From: Lentisphaeria bacterium
GTDB lineage: Bacteria; Verrucomicrobiota; Lentisphaeria; Victivallales; UBA1829
Assembly: GCA_017524965.1 (NCBI GenBank)
Contig: JAFXUM010000151.1
Coordinates: forward strand, 1 to 40,075
DNA: 40,075 nucleotides
Reading direction: 5' to 3'
The position numbers were made by a program, and so were the translations under genes. The notes beneath the pieces are model-generated. The model worked only from the letters and a program-made list of their open reading frames with translations. It ran no database searches and was not told the DNA's origin. Positions 1 to 8,284 of this stretch are shown here, piece by piece (the stretch's first letter is position 1; each line of letters begins with the position of its first letter).

Positions 1-1
1 C

Positions 2-400
2 GATGAAAACGAATATCCGGACCTCGGCAGCTCCATCGAAGTCTACACCGAGGGCGGCTACCTCGAACTCGAAACGCTCGGACCGCTCGCCATCCTCGAA
101 CCCGGCGACGAGGTCACGCACTCCGAATACTGGACCGCCGCCGAAGTCGAGCAGATCCCGCTCAACAACGACCAGGACGTGATCGACATGCTCGGCATCG
201 TCGAGGACGACGAATGCTGCGACGACGATTGCTGCTGCCACGACCACGAGGAGGAAAAGAAGGCCGCGAAGAAGGCCGCGAAATCCTCCAAGAAGGATGC
301 GAAGGCGGCGAAGAAGGCGGACGGCACGAAGAAGGCCGCCGAAAAGAAGGCTCCGGCAAAGAAGGCCCCGGCGAAGAAGGCCGCGAAGAAAGCCAAGTAA
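2..400 (+). CDS. C-terminal part of a protein entering from upstream (5'-partial): beta-rich domain, then Cys/Asp/His cluster and Lys/Ala-rich basic tail
   Basis: Frame 2 is open from the window edge (DENEYPDLGSSIEVYTEGGYLELETLGPLAILEPGDEVTHSEYW...) to TAA 398-400. ORF-track entry 179..400 is only its tail. A strong terminator follows. Confidence 0.6.
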   Translation, partial: DENEYPDLGSSIEVYTEGGYLELETLGPLAILEPGDEVTHSEYWTAAEVEQIPLNNDQDVIDMLGIVEDDECCDDDCCCHDHEEEKKAAKKAAKSSKKDAKAAKKADGTKKAAEKKAPAKKAPAKKAAKKAK

Positions 401-462
401 GGGGAGGCAAAGCCTCCGCTGATACTGTGCTTGTCTTCGCTCAAGCACGAAAATGAGATCCA

Positions 463-498
463 TCCCCCTGCGGCAGGGCAACTCCGCAGGGGGATTTT
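463..498 (+). terminator. Rho-independent terminator
   Basis: 11-bp stem TCCCCCTGCGG (463-473) / CCGCAGGGGGA (484-494) followed by TTTT. Confidence 0.8.
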
Positions 499-516
499 CA
501 GAAAGGAACGACAGAC

Positions 517-963
517 ATGGCACGCGCACAAATCTTTACAAGCCGCATCGACTGGAGCGACCTCGACCTGCTCGGACACGTGAACAACCTCGCGTTTTCG
601 AGGTTCTTTCAGGCGGCGCGCGTCGAATACTGCGGACACATCGGGATGAAGGTCTATCAGGGCATGAAGACGGGCCCGATCCTGGCGGCGTCGCGCGTCC
701 AGTTCACCGCCCAGCTCTTCTTCCCCGGCAATGTCCGCATCCTCACGCGCCTCAAAAAGGCGGGCGGCACGAGCATCGTGCTGGAGCATGCCCTGTTCGA
801 CGACGCAGGCACGCTCTGCGCGTTCGCGGAGGACGTGGTGGTGCGCTACGATTTCGAGGCGAAGACGAAGATCCCGCTCGGCGACGAGATCCGCGCCTTG
901 ATCGCCGAATACGAAGCCGTCTGCACCGGCGAATTTCCCGCCCTGCCCGGGCGCGCGGAATAA
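517..963 (+). CDS. 4HBT/YbgC-type hot-dog acyl-CoA thioesterase
   Basis: 148-aa ORF. N-terminal motif SDLDLLGHVNNLAFSRFF typical of the 4-hydroxybenzoyl-CoA thioesterase superfamily. GAAAGG-type RBS before the ATG. Confidence 0.75.
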   Translation: MARAQIFTSRIDWSDLDLLGHVNNLAFSRFFQAARVEYCGHIGMKVYQGMKTGPILAASRVQFTAQLFFPGNVRILTRLKKAGGTSIVLEHALFDDAGTLCAFAEDVVVRYDFEAKTKIPLGDEIRALIAEYEAVCTGEFPALPGRAE

Positions 964-1041
964 ACCATTCTCTTTTCCGGGGGGTTCCGCTTCAAAACGG
1001 AACGGATACGACCGCTTTTTCAGACGCGGGAAACCGGAAGA

Positions 1042-3441
1042 TCAATCTTCTTCCTCGAGATCGGACTTCCGGAAGAAACCGGCGATCCGGCTCAATTCGT
1101 CCTTTTTCGCAGCGGACAGACCGGACGCGCGGTCGAAACGGTTCCGCAGGAGTTCGGGATCGACGCCGAGGAACAACGCCCGCACGAACAGATATTCGCG
1201 GAACTCCTCGGAGAGCTTCGACAGCTGCGGACTGTTGATGAGGGTGACGACGATGCGGTCCTCCCCCTCGTCGGCGCGGAGTTTGTTCCAGGCGGCCCGC
1301 TGGATGATGCTGGCCTTCTGGTCCGGGACTTTCAGGCGGAACGTACTGCCGGAAATATCCTCGAGGACGCTGTCCGGGTAGGTGCGCGGGAAAAGCTTCA
1401 TGCCGCGAAGCGCTTTTGCGTTCTCATCAAGATACGGCAGAAGCGGCGCATTGTTGAGGACGATGAATTTCCGGATGCCGGTGCAGTTTTTCCGGGGGAT
1501 CTCATCGTTGAAAGCCTTGTCCGCCAGCAGATCGTTCACCATGCGGAGCGCTTCGGCGCGTTTGGCCTCGTCGCGGATGGTGCCCGGCAGATAATCCAGC
1601 AGGAGCAGGTAATTCAGGAGCAGCTTGGAATCCGTCACGGTCCCGGCCGCGTCATCGGACTCCGTTCCGGCGGCGGACGGACTCGTTTTTCCGGTCGCGG
1701 GCTCCGTTTTTCCGGCCGCGGGCTTTGTCTGCCCGGATGCCGACGGAGTCTGTTTCCGTTCGTTTCCGACCGGGTCCGTCCTGGTTCCCGCCTGGACGTC
1801 TCCGCCGAGGGACACGGCCAGCTGGAGATCGGAGAGCTGTTTCACATAGGCGTCGACCGTTTTCCGGTGCTCCTCCAGGAAGATGTGTTCCGGCAGCTCG
1901 GCGTCAAGCTTTTTCAGCTCGTCGCGTTTCGACATCACGGACATGCAGAGCGCGTCGAGCGTATCGAAATCCATTTTTGCCGCCTCGTCCGGCCTGAACG
2001 CCGCCGCCTGGTCCAGAAGCTTGTTCCGCAGGGTCAGCGCCCGGCTCTGTTTCTCCTCGGCGCGGAGCCTGGCGAGGACTTCGACCGCCTCGGCGGGAGC
2101 CTTCTCCCCGGCCTCCGCGATGAACTGTTCGACCTGTTTCCGTTCCAGGCCGGAATCCCTGGATTCCTCCTGGATCATCCGCCAGCGCGCCTCGTAAAAC
2201 GCCGCGTCGCGGACCGATGCGGGTTCCGTTTTCGTTTTTCCTCCGGGTGCGGGATTCCCCGGCGCGGACGGACTGTTGCCGGCAGAGGGCGGAACGGTCC
2301 TGCCCGGCGTGTCCTTTTTCGAGGCGACGCCGTACACGGCCGCCGCGATCGCCGCGATCAGGACCGCCGCGCCGACGACGATCGCCCACACGGGAACGGT
2401 TTTCTTCCTCTTCTGTGCCGGGACGCGGCCGGTGCCGGACTTTATCTTCTTTTCCGGGGGCGGCGCGGCATTGAGTTCGCGCTGAATGTCCTTGAGCTCG
2501 TCGACCACGTCGCTCCAGGACGCGGGCCGGTTCGCGGGGTCCTTCTCCATCAGCGCGTCGATCAGGTCGGACAGCCGCTGCGGGATGTTCGGATTGAGTT
2601 CGGAAAGCGGAGTCTGGATGTCGGACAGCTGCATGGCGCAGACCTTCACGGGATCGCTCCCGACGAACGGTTCGTGTCCGATCAGGATATGGTACGCCGT
2701 CGCGCCGAAGGAATACATGTCGGATTTGAACCCGGGGACGTCCTTGTCGCCGTTGATGATCTCGGGCGGCGCGTAGGCGGGCGTGGCGCGGATGTCCTCG
2801 TCGGCCAGCTCCGGGTCTTTCGCGCGGCGCGCGAGCCCGAAATCGGCGAGCTTGACCTTGCCGTTCAGGCGCATGATGATGTTTTCCGGCTTGATGTCGC
2901 CGTGGCTGAGCTGGTTCCGGGTCCATGCGTAGGACAGCGCGTTCGCCACGGAGATGAAGACGTCCAGCGCCTGCGGGATGTTCAGCGGGCCGACGTTGTT
3001 CAGCACCAGTTCCAGGTTCTCCCCGGTGATCTTCTCCATCACGAAATAATAGATGCCGTCCTCGGTCACGCCCGCGTCGTACGCCTGCACCACGTTCGGA
3101 TGCGACAGGCTGGCCGCCGCCCGCGCCTCGCGGAAGAAACGTTCCACGTACACCTCGTCGCTGGCGCTGTCGTCGGACAGGATCTTGATCGCGACCTCGC
3201 GGTCGAGGTTGGTCTGCCGCGCCTGGTACACGATCCCCATCGCGCCGCGTCCGAGTTCCTCCTCGATCTGAAATCCGGCCACGACTTCGCCCGGCCGCAG
3301 ATCGCGTCGCAGCGGGATGACGCCGCCGCATTTTTTGCAGAGGTACGTCACCGTTCCGTCTTCGTGTTTCTGAGGCGTGGTCGCTTCAAGCTGCTGGCAT
3401 TTCGGACAGTAGAGCATGGATTCGTCTTCCGGTTGCGCCAT
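1042..3441 (-). CDS. Membrane Ser/Thr protein kinase: N-terminal zinc ribbon, Hanks kinase domain, one TM, large extracytoplasmic region
   Basis: CPKC...CKKCG ribbon. Kinase motifs GRGAMGIVY, AIK, HGDIKPENII, LADFGLA, YAPPE. TM VWAIVVGAAVLIAAIAAAVYGV. Start moved to ATG 3441 (or 3417) because a TTGAAG-N17-TATATT promoter lies at 3502-3530, inside the longer ORF-track start at 3555. Confidence 0.85.
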   Translation of the reverse strand: MAQPEDESMLYCPKCQQLEATTPQKHEDGTVTYLCKKCGGVIPLRRDLRPGEVVAGFQIEEELGRGAMGIVYQARQTNLDREVAIKILSDDSASDEVYVERFFREARAAASLSHPNVVQAYDAGVTEDGIYYFVMEKITGENLELVLNNVGPLNIPQALDVFISVANALSYAWTRNQLSHGDIKPENIIMRLNGKVKLADFGLARRAKDPELADEDIRATPAYAPPEIINGDKDVPGFKSDMYSFGATAYHILIGHEPFVGSDPVKVCAMQLSDIQTPLSELNPNIPQRLSDLIDALMEKDPANRPASWSDVVDELKDIQRELNAAPPPEKKIKSGTGRVPAQKRKKTVPVWAIVVGAAVLIAAIAAAVYGVASKKDTPGRTVPPSAGNSPSAPGNPAPGGKTKTEPASVRDAAFYEARWRMIQEESRDSGLERKQVEQFIAEAGEKAPAEAVEVLARLRAEEKQSRALTLRNKLLDQAAAFRPDEAAKMDFDTLDALCMSVMSKRDELKKLDAELPEHIFLEEHRKTVDAYVKQLSDLQLAVSLGGDVQAGTRTDPVGNERKQTPSASGQTKPAAGKTEPATGKTSPSAAGTESDDAAGTVTDSKLLLNYLLLLDYLPGTIRDEAKRAEALRMVNDLLADKAFNDEIPRKNCTGIRKFIVLNNAPLLPYLDENAKALRGMKLFPRTYPDSVLEDISGSTFRLKVPDQKASIIQRAAWNKLRADEGEDRIVVTLINSPQLSKLSEEFREYLFVRALFLGVDPELLRNRFDRASGLSAAKKDELSRIAGFFRKSDLEEED

Positions 3442-3501
3442 GACCGCCGGACGGGGGAAAGCTGGTCCCGGCGGCGGATGATCAAGGCTGAATATCATAC
3501 T

Positions 3502-3530
3502 AATATAGACCGCGCACGAAAAAACTTCAA
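3502..3530 (-). promoter_or_regulatory. sigma70-type promoter for the kinase gene
   Basis: Minus strand reads TTGAAG (3530-3525) - 17 nt - TATATT (3507-3502). Confidence 0.55.
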
Positions 3531-3582
3531 CCTGAAATCGGCTTTTTTTCCTCATTTCGGCCTTTTTTCCGCATCCCGGCGC

Positions 3583-3611
3583 TTGTTTTTTCGGATTTCG
3601 CGGGTTATATT
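3583..3611 (+). promoter_or_regulatory. sigma70-type promoter for CDS 3674..4825 (divergent from kinase promoter)
   Basis: TTGTTT (3583-3588) - 17 nt - TATATT (3606-3611). Confidence 0.5.
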
Positions 3612-3673
3612 GTCTTCGGTTAATCTCGCAACTTCACCCCGGATGCACGCCGGACTAAACCTTTCTCTTCACC

Positions 3674-4825
3674 ATGTTGAACTTCGTACAGCCCAAACTG
3701 ACCTTTTCGGTACGATCAGCCGCCTTTCCGAAGGAAAAAACTGTCCGTCTGGATCCGGACCGGTCCTATCTTTTCGGATCCACGCACATCGACGTCGGCG
3801 GATGCTCCTACTATCGCATTCTGTTCATTTCCCAGCTGCTTGCCCAGACTCACAACAATCTGCTCTTCTGCGATACACGCCTTCCGTTCCTGAACAAGGC
3901 GATCATCCCGAGCCTTGCGTCCTTCCGTCTCCAGCGCGCATGCGCTCTCCGCGACCTCAAATGGTTCCGCGAAGTCATTCTCCCGGCAAAGGAAATGCAT
4001 CATTTCCCCGTCACCTACGAGATCGACGACATCCTCGTGGAGGAGGACATTCCCGTTTACAACTGCTTCCGCGACATTTTCAGGGAAGGCAAGGACGCTA
4101 TCCCCGTCTACATGGACGGCAGCGACGCCGTCACGGTCACCTGCGCCCCGCTCGCCGATTATTACAGCTCGAAATTCGGAATTCCGCGTGACAAATTCCA
4201 TGTGATCCCGAATTACCTGCCGCGCTACTTCTTCGATTCCTACGACGAGGCGGTCATCCTCGATCGCATCCGCTCGCAGAAATCGCGGAAGCCGCGCATC
4301 TGTTTCTCCTGCGGCATGTCGCACTTCGACGCGAACAGGACGGGCGCGGGCGACGATTTTTCCGGCATCATCGACTGGATCATCGAAAACCGCCATCAAT
4401 ACGAATTCGTGTTCCACGGCGGATTCCCCCCTGCCCTCGCGAAATACGCCGCCGATTTCACGCGCATCCCCGTCGGGCCGTTCCTGGACTATCCGCGCGT
4501 GCGGCGGGCCATCCGCGCCGACCTCTTCATCCAGCCGCTGCGCCATTCCCTGTTCAACGAATGCAAGAGCCCGATCAAACTGCTGGAATCCTGGGCGGAA
4601 GGTTCCCCCGTTTTCGTGCAGGACCTCGGCAACTATAAGAAGATCGCCCCGGACGCCTGTTTCGATACGCCGGACACGCTCGACCGCATGGTCAAAGCGC
4701 TCTTCGCGGATCCCGGCGCCCAGCTTCAGACCATCCGCGCGAACTACGCACGCATGAAGGACTACTGGCTCGACAACCACCTGAACGAATGGCTCGAGGT
4801 CCTGCTGTATCCGCACGGGCGCTGA
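3674..4825 (+). CDS. Hypothetical protein, 383 aa (possibly glycosyltransferase-like; family not recognised)
   Basis: Long ORF with normal amino-acid composition (K/F/Y/I/N-rich). The overlapping antisense ORF 3716..4948 is R/G/A-rich shadow. Own promoter. No clear SD. Confidence 0.6.
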   Translation: MLNFVQPKLTFSVRSAAFPKEKTVRLDPDRSYLFGSTHIDVGGCSYYRILFISQLLAQTHNNLLFCDTRLPFLNKAIIPSLASFRLQRACALRDLKWFREVILPAKEMHHFPVTYEIDDILVEEDIPVYNCFRDIFREGKDAIPVYMDGSDAVTVTCAPLADYYSSKFGIPRDKFHVIPNYLPRYFFDSYDEAVILDRIRSQKSRKPRICFSCGMSHFDANRTGAGDDFSGIIDWIIENRHQYEFVFHGGFPPALAKYAADFTRIPVGPFLDYPRVRRAIRADLFIQPLRHSLFNECKSPIKLLESWAEGSPVFVQDLGNYKKIAPDACFDTPDTLDRMVKALFADPGAQLQTIRANYARMKDYWLDNHLNEWLEVLLYPHGR

Positions 4826-4956
4826 ACCGCCGCGCATGGATGGGGACCGCGCCGGACACGCCCCCGGATGCGAAAAACCGCCGGACCGGATTGAATTGAC
4901 AGCGGCGCCCGAAGGACGATCTCCCGCAGAACAAACGGAGTTTTTCACCGATTCGC

Positions 4957-4984
4957 TTGATTTTTACTGAATCGGCAGTATAGT
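4957..4984 (+). promoter_or_regulatory. sigma70-type promoter for tRNA-Arg
   Basis: TTGATT (4957-4962) - 16 nt - TATAGT (4979-4984), about 50 nt upstream of the tRNA. Confidence 0.5.
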
Positions 4985-5037
4985 ATATGCCGGTCCGGAC
5001 GATGCGCGAACGTTTTTTCGCCCGGTTCTTTTTCCGC

Positions 5038-5114
5038 GGTGGCATAGCTCAGTTGGATAGAGCGGCTCTCTCCTAAAGAGCAGGTCGTGGGTTCGACTCC
5101 CACTGCCGCCGCCA
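5038..5114 (+). tRNA. tRNA-Arg (anticodon CCT), CCA encoded
   Basis: Hand-folded cloverleaf. Acceptor GGTGGCA/TGCCGCC (one G-T pair), D arm GCTC-AGTTGGATA-GAGC. Anticodon arm GCTCT-CTCCTAA-AGAGC, T arm GTGGG-TTCGACT-CCCAC, discriminator G, CCA. Confidence 0.9.
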
Positions 5115-5278
5115 TTCTTTTCGGAATTCCCCCGGCAGCGAACGCCGGACCTGCCGTCCGGTCTGAAGTTCGTGGAACGGTCCGCGTTTTTCAAGGTCCC
5201 TTCAATAGAGACGGCCGATCTTTCCGCATACAACCTCCTCGAACCGGAGACGGAATAGAATCATGCCGTCAGGGTCGA

Positions 5279-5650
5279 TTATTTCCTGAAGATGAAGAAG
5301 ACGGCGCCGCAGAGGCAGAGCGCCGCCCAGATGAAGTCGAGGCGGAATTTCTCGCCCATGAAGAACACGGAGAACGGCACGAAGACGGAGAGCGTGATGA
5401 CCTCCTGCATGATCTTGAGCTGGGCGAGCGTGAGCGTGGTGTAGCCGATGCGGTTCGCGGGCACCTGCAGCAGATATTCGAACAGGGCGATGCCCCAGCT
5501 GACAATGGCGGCCAGCCACCACGGCTTGCTCGCCATGTTCTTCAGGTGTCCGTACCAGGCGAACGTCATGAAGCAGTTCGAGCAGACGAGGAGGAAGATC
5601 GTGCGGTAGATGGCGGGGATGGAGACGACGGTTTCGATGATTTTCTGCAT
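5279..5650 (-). CDS. DMT-superfamily small membrane protein (DUF486-like)
   Basis: 123-aa ORF with 4 hydrophobic helices. N-terminal FAWYGHLK motif typical of DUF486 family proteins. Confidence 0.7.
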   Translation of the reverse strand: MQKIIETVVSIPAIYRTIFLLVCSNCFMTFAWYGHLKNMASKPWWLAAIVSWGIALFEYLLQVPANRIGYTTLTLAQLKIMQEVITLSVFVPFSVFFMGEKFRLDFIWAALCLCGAVFFIFRK

Positions 5651-5736
5651 GGCGGTGCGGTCCTGAGGGAGCCGGGAGTTCGATCATGTTTGCCCGGCGG
5701 TTTTATGGTTTTGCTCCTGAAAACGGAATAAGAATC

Positions 5737-5771
5737 GGCGGCGCAACGGTTGGTGTCCGATGTGCGCCGCC
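5737..5771 (-). terminator. Hairpin terminator downstream of the coiled-coil gene (palindromic, could act in both directions)
   Basis: 9-bp stem GGCGGCGCA (5737-5745) / TGCGCCGCC (5763-5771). T-rich tracts on both sides (minus: GATTCTTATTCCGTTTTC; plus: CGTTTTTTATT). Confidence 0.55.
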
Positions 5772-5810
5772 TGGTCGTTTTTTATTGGTGGTTTTTCGTG
5801 TTTCGCGCGG

Positions 5811-7622
5811 TTATTTCTTCCTGTCGAGCTGTTCGGTGATCCTCCGCAGGGATTCGTGCTTGTCCACGAAGTCGTAGTAGAGCGTCTGGGACGGTTCCTT
5901 CGTGAGGCGGAGCTGCGCCGCTTTCGCGAGCGCGGGCTCGCCGGTGAAGACGAAGCACTGCGCCGTGGAGGTCTGCCCGAGGTCGGCCGAGGAGACTTTC
6001 ACGACCACGCCGACGAAGAAGCCTTCCTTCGACAGCACGATGTCGCCGACTTCGGCCTTCAGCTCGCTGGAGGAACGGTTCGGGTTGCGGATGTAGAGGT
6101 AATTGTCGCCCTGCTCCATGCTGACGGAGCAGCGGCCCGTGACGTCGGCGGAATCCTTCGAGAAGGTCGCGGACTTGAAGAGCGTGAGGTTGTCGAGGCC
6201 GCGTTCGCGGAGGGCGTCGAACGTGATCACGCGGATCGGTTCGGCTTTGTCGGCGGCGACCGGGAAGAGGCACACGCGGGCGTCTTCGGCGAGGCAGAGG
6301 GCCGGGCCGTTGACGGCGGCCCATTTGTCCTTGCTCTGCGGACGGCGCACCTTGTACTGAAGCTCGGTGACCTTGGTGTAGCCGGAGTGCAGATTGAGGC
6401 CGGTCGTGTCGCGGAACGCCGAGACGAGCCAAGTCTTGCCGCCGAGCGTGACGGCGGGCAGGAAGAACGACTTGTCGATGACGATGTTGTTGAAGAGGCG
6501 GTCGTTGACGAGGTGGAAGGAGAGTTCGAGCGCGGAGGCGTTGTAGCTGGTGAGGACGTCGTTGTTGAGCATCTTCTTCAGCTCGCCCGCTTCCTTTTTG
6601 GTCTCGGTCAGGTCGCGGTCCTTGTCCTCGATCACCTTGTCCTTCTGCTCCAGGATCGTTTCGGTCTGCGCGATCGTCCGGTCCTTCTCGGACATGAGGC
6701 GTTCGTTCTGGGCGATCGTCTCCCGCGAAACGGCGAGCGACTGCCGGGATTCCGTCAGTTCCGTTTTGGTCCTCGTGAGATCGGAATTGACTTCCGTCAG
6801 CACGCGGACCGTGCCGTCCAGCTGCGTCTGCGCGGACGTGAGCTTGGTCTTCGTTTCCGCGAGTTCGACTTCGGCCGCGTGGAATTTCGCGATGGCTTCC
6901 TCCGCCCGGGCTCGGTCGCGCTTGGCGACTTCGCGGAGCGCTTCGAGTTCGAGCTTCGTCGCTTCGAGCTGGCCGGAGGTCCGGGAGAGCGTCTTTTCGC
7001 TCTGCTGGAGTTTTTCGGCGGCGGCGGCCTTTTCCTGCGTGACGCGCGCCAGGGAGCGTTCGCTCGCTTCGAGCAGGTTTTCGCTGTCGCGGATGACCTT
7101 GTCGCGTTCGACGAGCTCCTGCGCGGAGATCTTCAGCTCGCTTTCCTTCTGTTCGATGACGGCGGCGGACCGCTTCAGCGCGGCCTCGCGTTCGTCGAGA
7201 TCCTTCTTGATCTTCGCGAGCTCGGCGGCGCTCTTCGCGAGCTCGGCGGCGCTTTTCGCCTGTTCCTGTTCGGACTTGCTCTTTTCGGAGGCGAGTTCGT
7301 CTTTGGATTTCGAGAGGGCGGCGAGCGTTTCGGCGAGCTTCGCCTGAGACGCCTTGATCTCCTCGTCCCGGGACGCGAGCTGTTTTTCGTCCCTCAGCGC
7401 GAGCGCGCGGAATTCTTCAAGCTTCTGCGCCAGCTCGTCCTTCTGCTGCTTCACTTCCTCGTGGCGCGCCAGCTCCTCGTCGATCATCTCGACCAGACGG
7501 GTCGCGGGGGACGAGATCTTCGCGGCCCCGGCGGGATCGCCGACCTCGTTCATCCCGATCGACAGGGACATTGCCGCCAGGACCAGGAAGTCGCATGTGA
7601 CAATGAGAATGGACCGGTTCAC
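5811..7622 (-). CDS. Membrane-anchored long coiled-coil protein; N-terminal TM with embedded Asp (ExbD/TolR/MotB-like anchor), unassigned beta-rich C-terminal domain
   Basis: 603-aa ORF. GTG start overlaps the upstream stop (GTGA, 7619-7622). N-terminus MNRSILIVTCDFLVLAAMSLSI. aa ~40-375 is continuous E/K/L/A/Q heptad-like sequence. C-terminal ~230 aa is globular. Confidence 0.75.
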   Translation of the reverse strand: MNRSILIVTCDFLVLAAMSLSIGMNEVGDPAGAAKISSPATRLVEMIDEELARHEEVKQQKDELAQKLEEFRALALRDEKQLASRDEEIKASQAKLAETLAALSKSKDELASEKSKSEQEQAKSAAELAKSAAELAKIKKDLDEREAALKRSAAVIEQKESELKISAQELVERDKVIRDSENLLEASERSLARVTQEKAAAAEKLQQSEKTLSRTSGQLEATKLELEALREVAKRDRARAEEAIAKFHAAEVELAETKTKLTSAQTQLDGTVRVLTEVNSDLTRTKTELTESRQSLAVSRETIAQNERLMSEKDRTIAQTETILEQKDKVIEDKDRDLTETKKEAGELKKMLNNDVLTSYNASALELSFHLVNDRLFNNIVIDKSFFLPAVTLGGKTWLVSAFRDTTGLNLHSGYTKVTELQYKVRRPQSKDKWAAVNGPALCLAEDARVCLFPVAADKAEPIRVITFDALRERGLDNLTLFKSATFSKDSADVTGRCSVSMEQGDNYLYIRNPNRSSSELKAEVGDIVLSKEGFFVGVVVKVSSADLGQTSTAQCFVFTGEPALAKAAQLRLTKEPSQTLYYDFVDKHESLRRITEQLDRKK

Positions 7623-8209
7623 TGTTCGGATTCCTTTCCGTTGGTTTCGTCGGCGGTGATGAGGGCCTGCTTCAGCGGATACTGGAAGACCAGGCGCAGG
7701 ATCACGCTGAAGATGATGCCGACGAGCGTGGATGAGTAGGCGATCAGGCGGCTGATGTTCGGGTTGAACGACATCACGATGAAGCTGGAGACGGTACCGA
7801 GCAGGCCGAAGTACAGCGGCAGGTCAAGGAAGATATCGGCGTTTTCGAGCTTTTTCAGGCGGACCGAGACCGCTTCCGTGCTGCGTTTCAGGCCGGCGAA
7901 GACTTTCGCCGCCAGCATGAACGCGACAGCCTGGAGGATCAGGATGACCGTGAGGATGACGAACGAAAGATGCGCGGCGGTCCTGTTGATCTGTTCGACG
8001 TTCTTCGCCGCCTCGCGGATGTCGTTCTCGCTCGCCATCTGCGTCGGCGCGGTCACATTCCCCTCGAAGAGAGAGCGGAAGAAATCGTTTTTCCTGTAGA
8101 GGAACGAGAGGATGAGAACGATAAGGATCGCGAGCGCGATGATGACGATGTTGTAAATGAGGGCGGAGCGTCCGGCGCCGGATCCGGGAGTTTTGGATGT
8201 CTGATTCAC
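7619..8209 (-). CDS. Small MotA/TolQ/ExbB-like membrane protein (putative ion-channel stator subunit)
   Basis: 196-aa ORF with 4 hydrophobic segments. DLPLYFGLLGTVSSFIVM ... AYSSTLVGIIFSV resembles the GLLGTV / TTxxG helix pair of the MotA_ExbB family. GTG start with AGGAGG 6 nt upstream. Confidence 0.6.
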   Translation of the reverse strand: MNQTSKTPGSGAGRSALIYNIVIIALAILIVLILSFLYRKNDFFRSLFEGNVTAPTQMASENDIREAAKNVEQINRTAAHLSFVILTVILILQAVAFMLAAKVFAGLKRSTEAVSVRLKKLENADIFLDLPLYFGLLGTVSSFIVMSFNPNISRLIAYSSTLVGIIFSVILRLVFQYPLKQALITADETNGKESEQ

Positions 8210-8284
8210 GGTTTTCCTCCTGATTTGCTGTTTTTTTCTTGACTGTGATCCGTAGATATGTGCGTGCAGATTTGTTTATCTATT

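Noticed and set aside
984-1003. Bidirectional terminator between the convergent thioesterase and kinase genes (GTTCCG-N8-CGGAAC)
   Set aside because: The stem is only 6 bp, there is no adjacent T-run on the minus strand, and the plus-strand T-run is 12 nt away. This is too weak to annotate.
1867-4191. Very long antisense or alternative-frame ORFs in the track. Examples: 1867..4191, 5760..7739, 8761..11859 (except its last 777 nt), 15284..17359, 17850..19418, 23688..26297, 26712..27374, 29811..31055, 30907..32445, 34392..37538.
   Set aside because: Their translations are R/G/A/P/D/H-rich with no motifs. They lie opposite or out of frame to CDSs with clear family signatures. They are typical shadow ORFs of GC-rich DNA, where stop codons are rare.
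5038-5278. tRNA-Arg as an integration hotspot or genomic-island boundary
   Set aside because: No integrase is present, no direct repeat of the tRNA 3' end was seen downstream, and the flanking genes show no compositional break. The CCGGAC-CTGCC-GTCCGG hairpin at 5145-5161 is just a possible terminator.
5811-8209. Calling the MotA-like/coiled-coil pair a Zorya (ZorAB) defence system or a standard TolQ-TolR-TolA module
   Set aside because: In Zorya the coiled-coil tail is on the MotA-like subunit, and ZorC/ZorD-type effector genes accompany it. Here the small protein is the MotA-like one and no effector genes follow. There is no separate TolR or Pal, and tolB is 22 kb away in another operon. 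It is kept as an unassigned stator-like pair.
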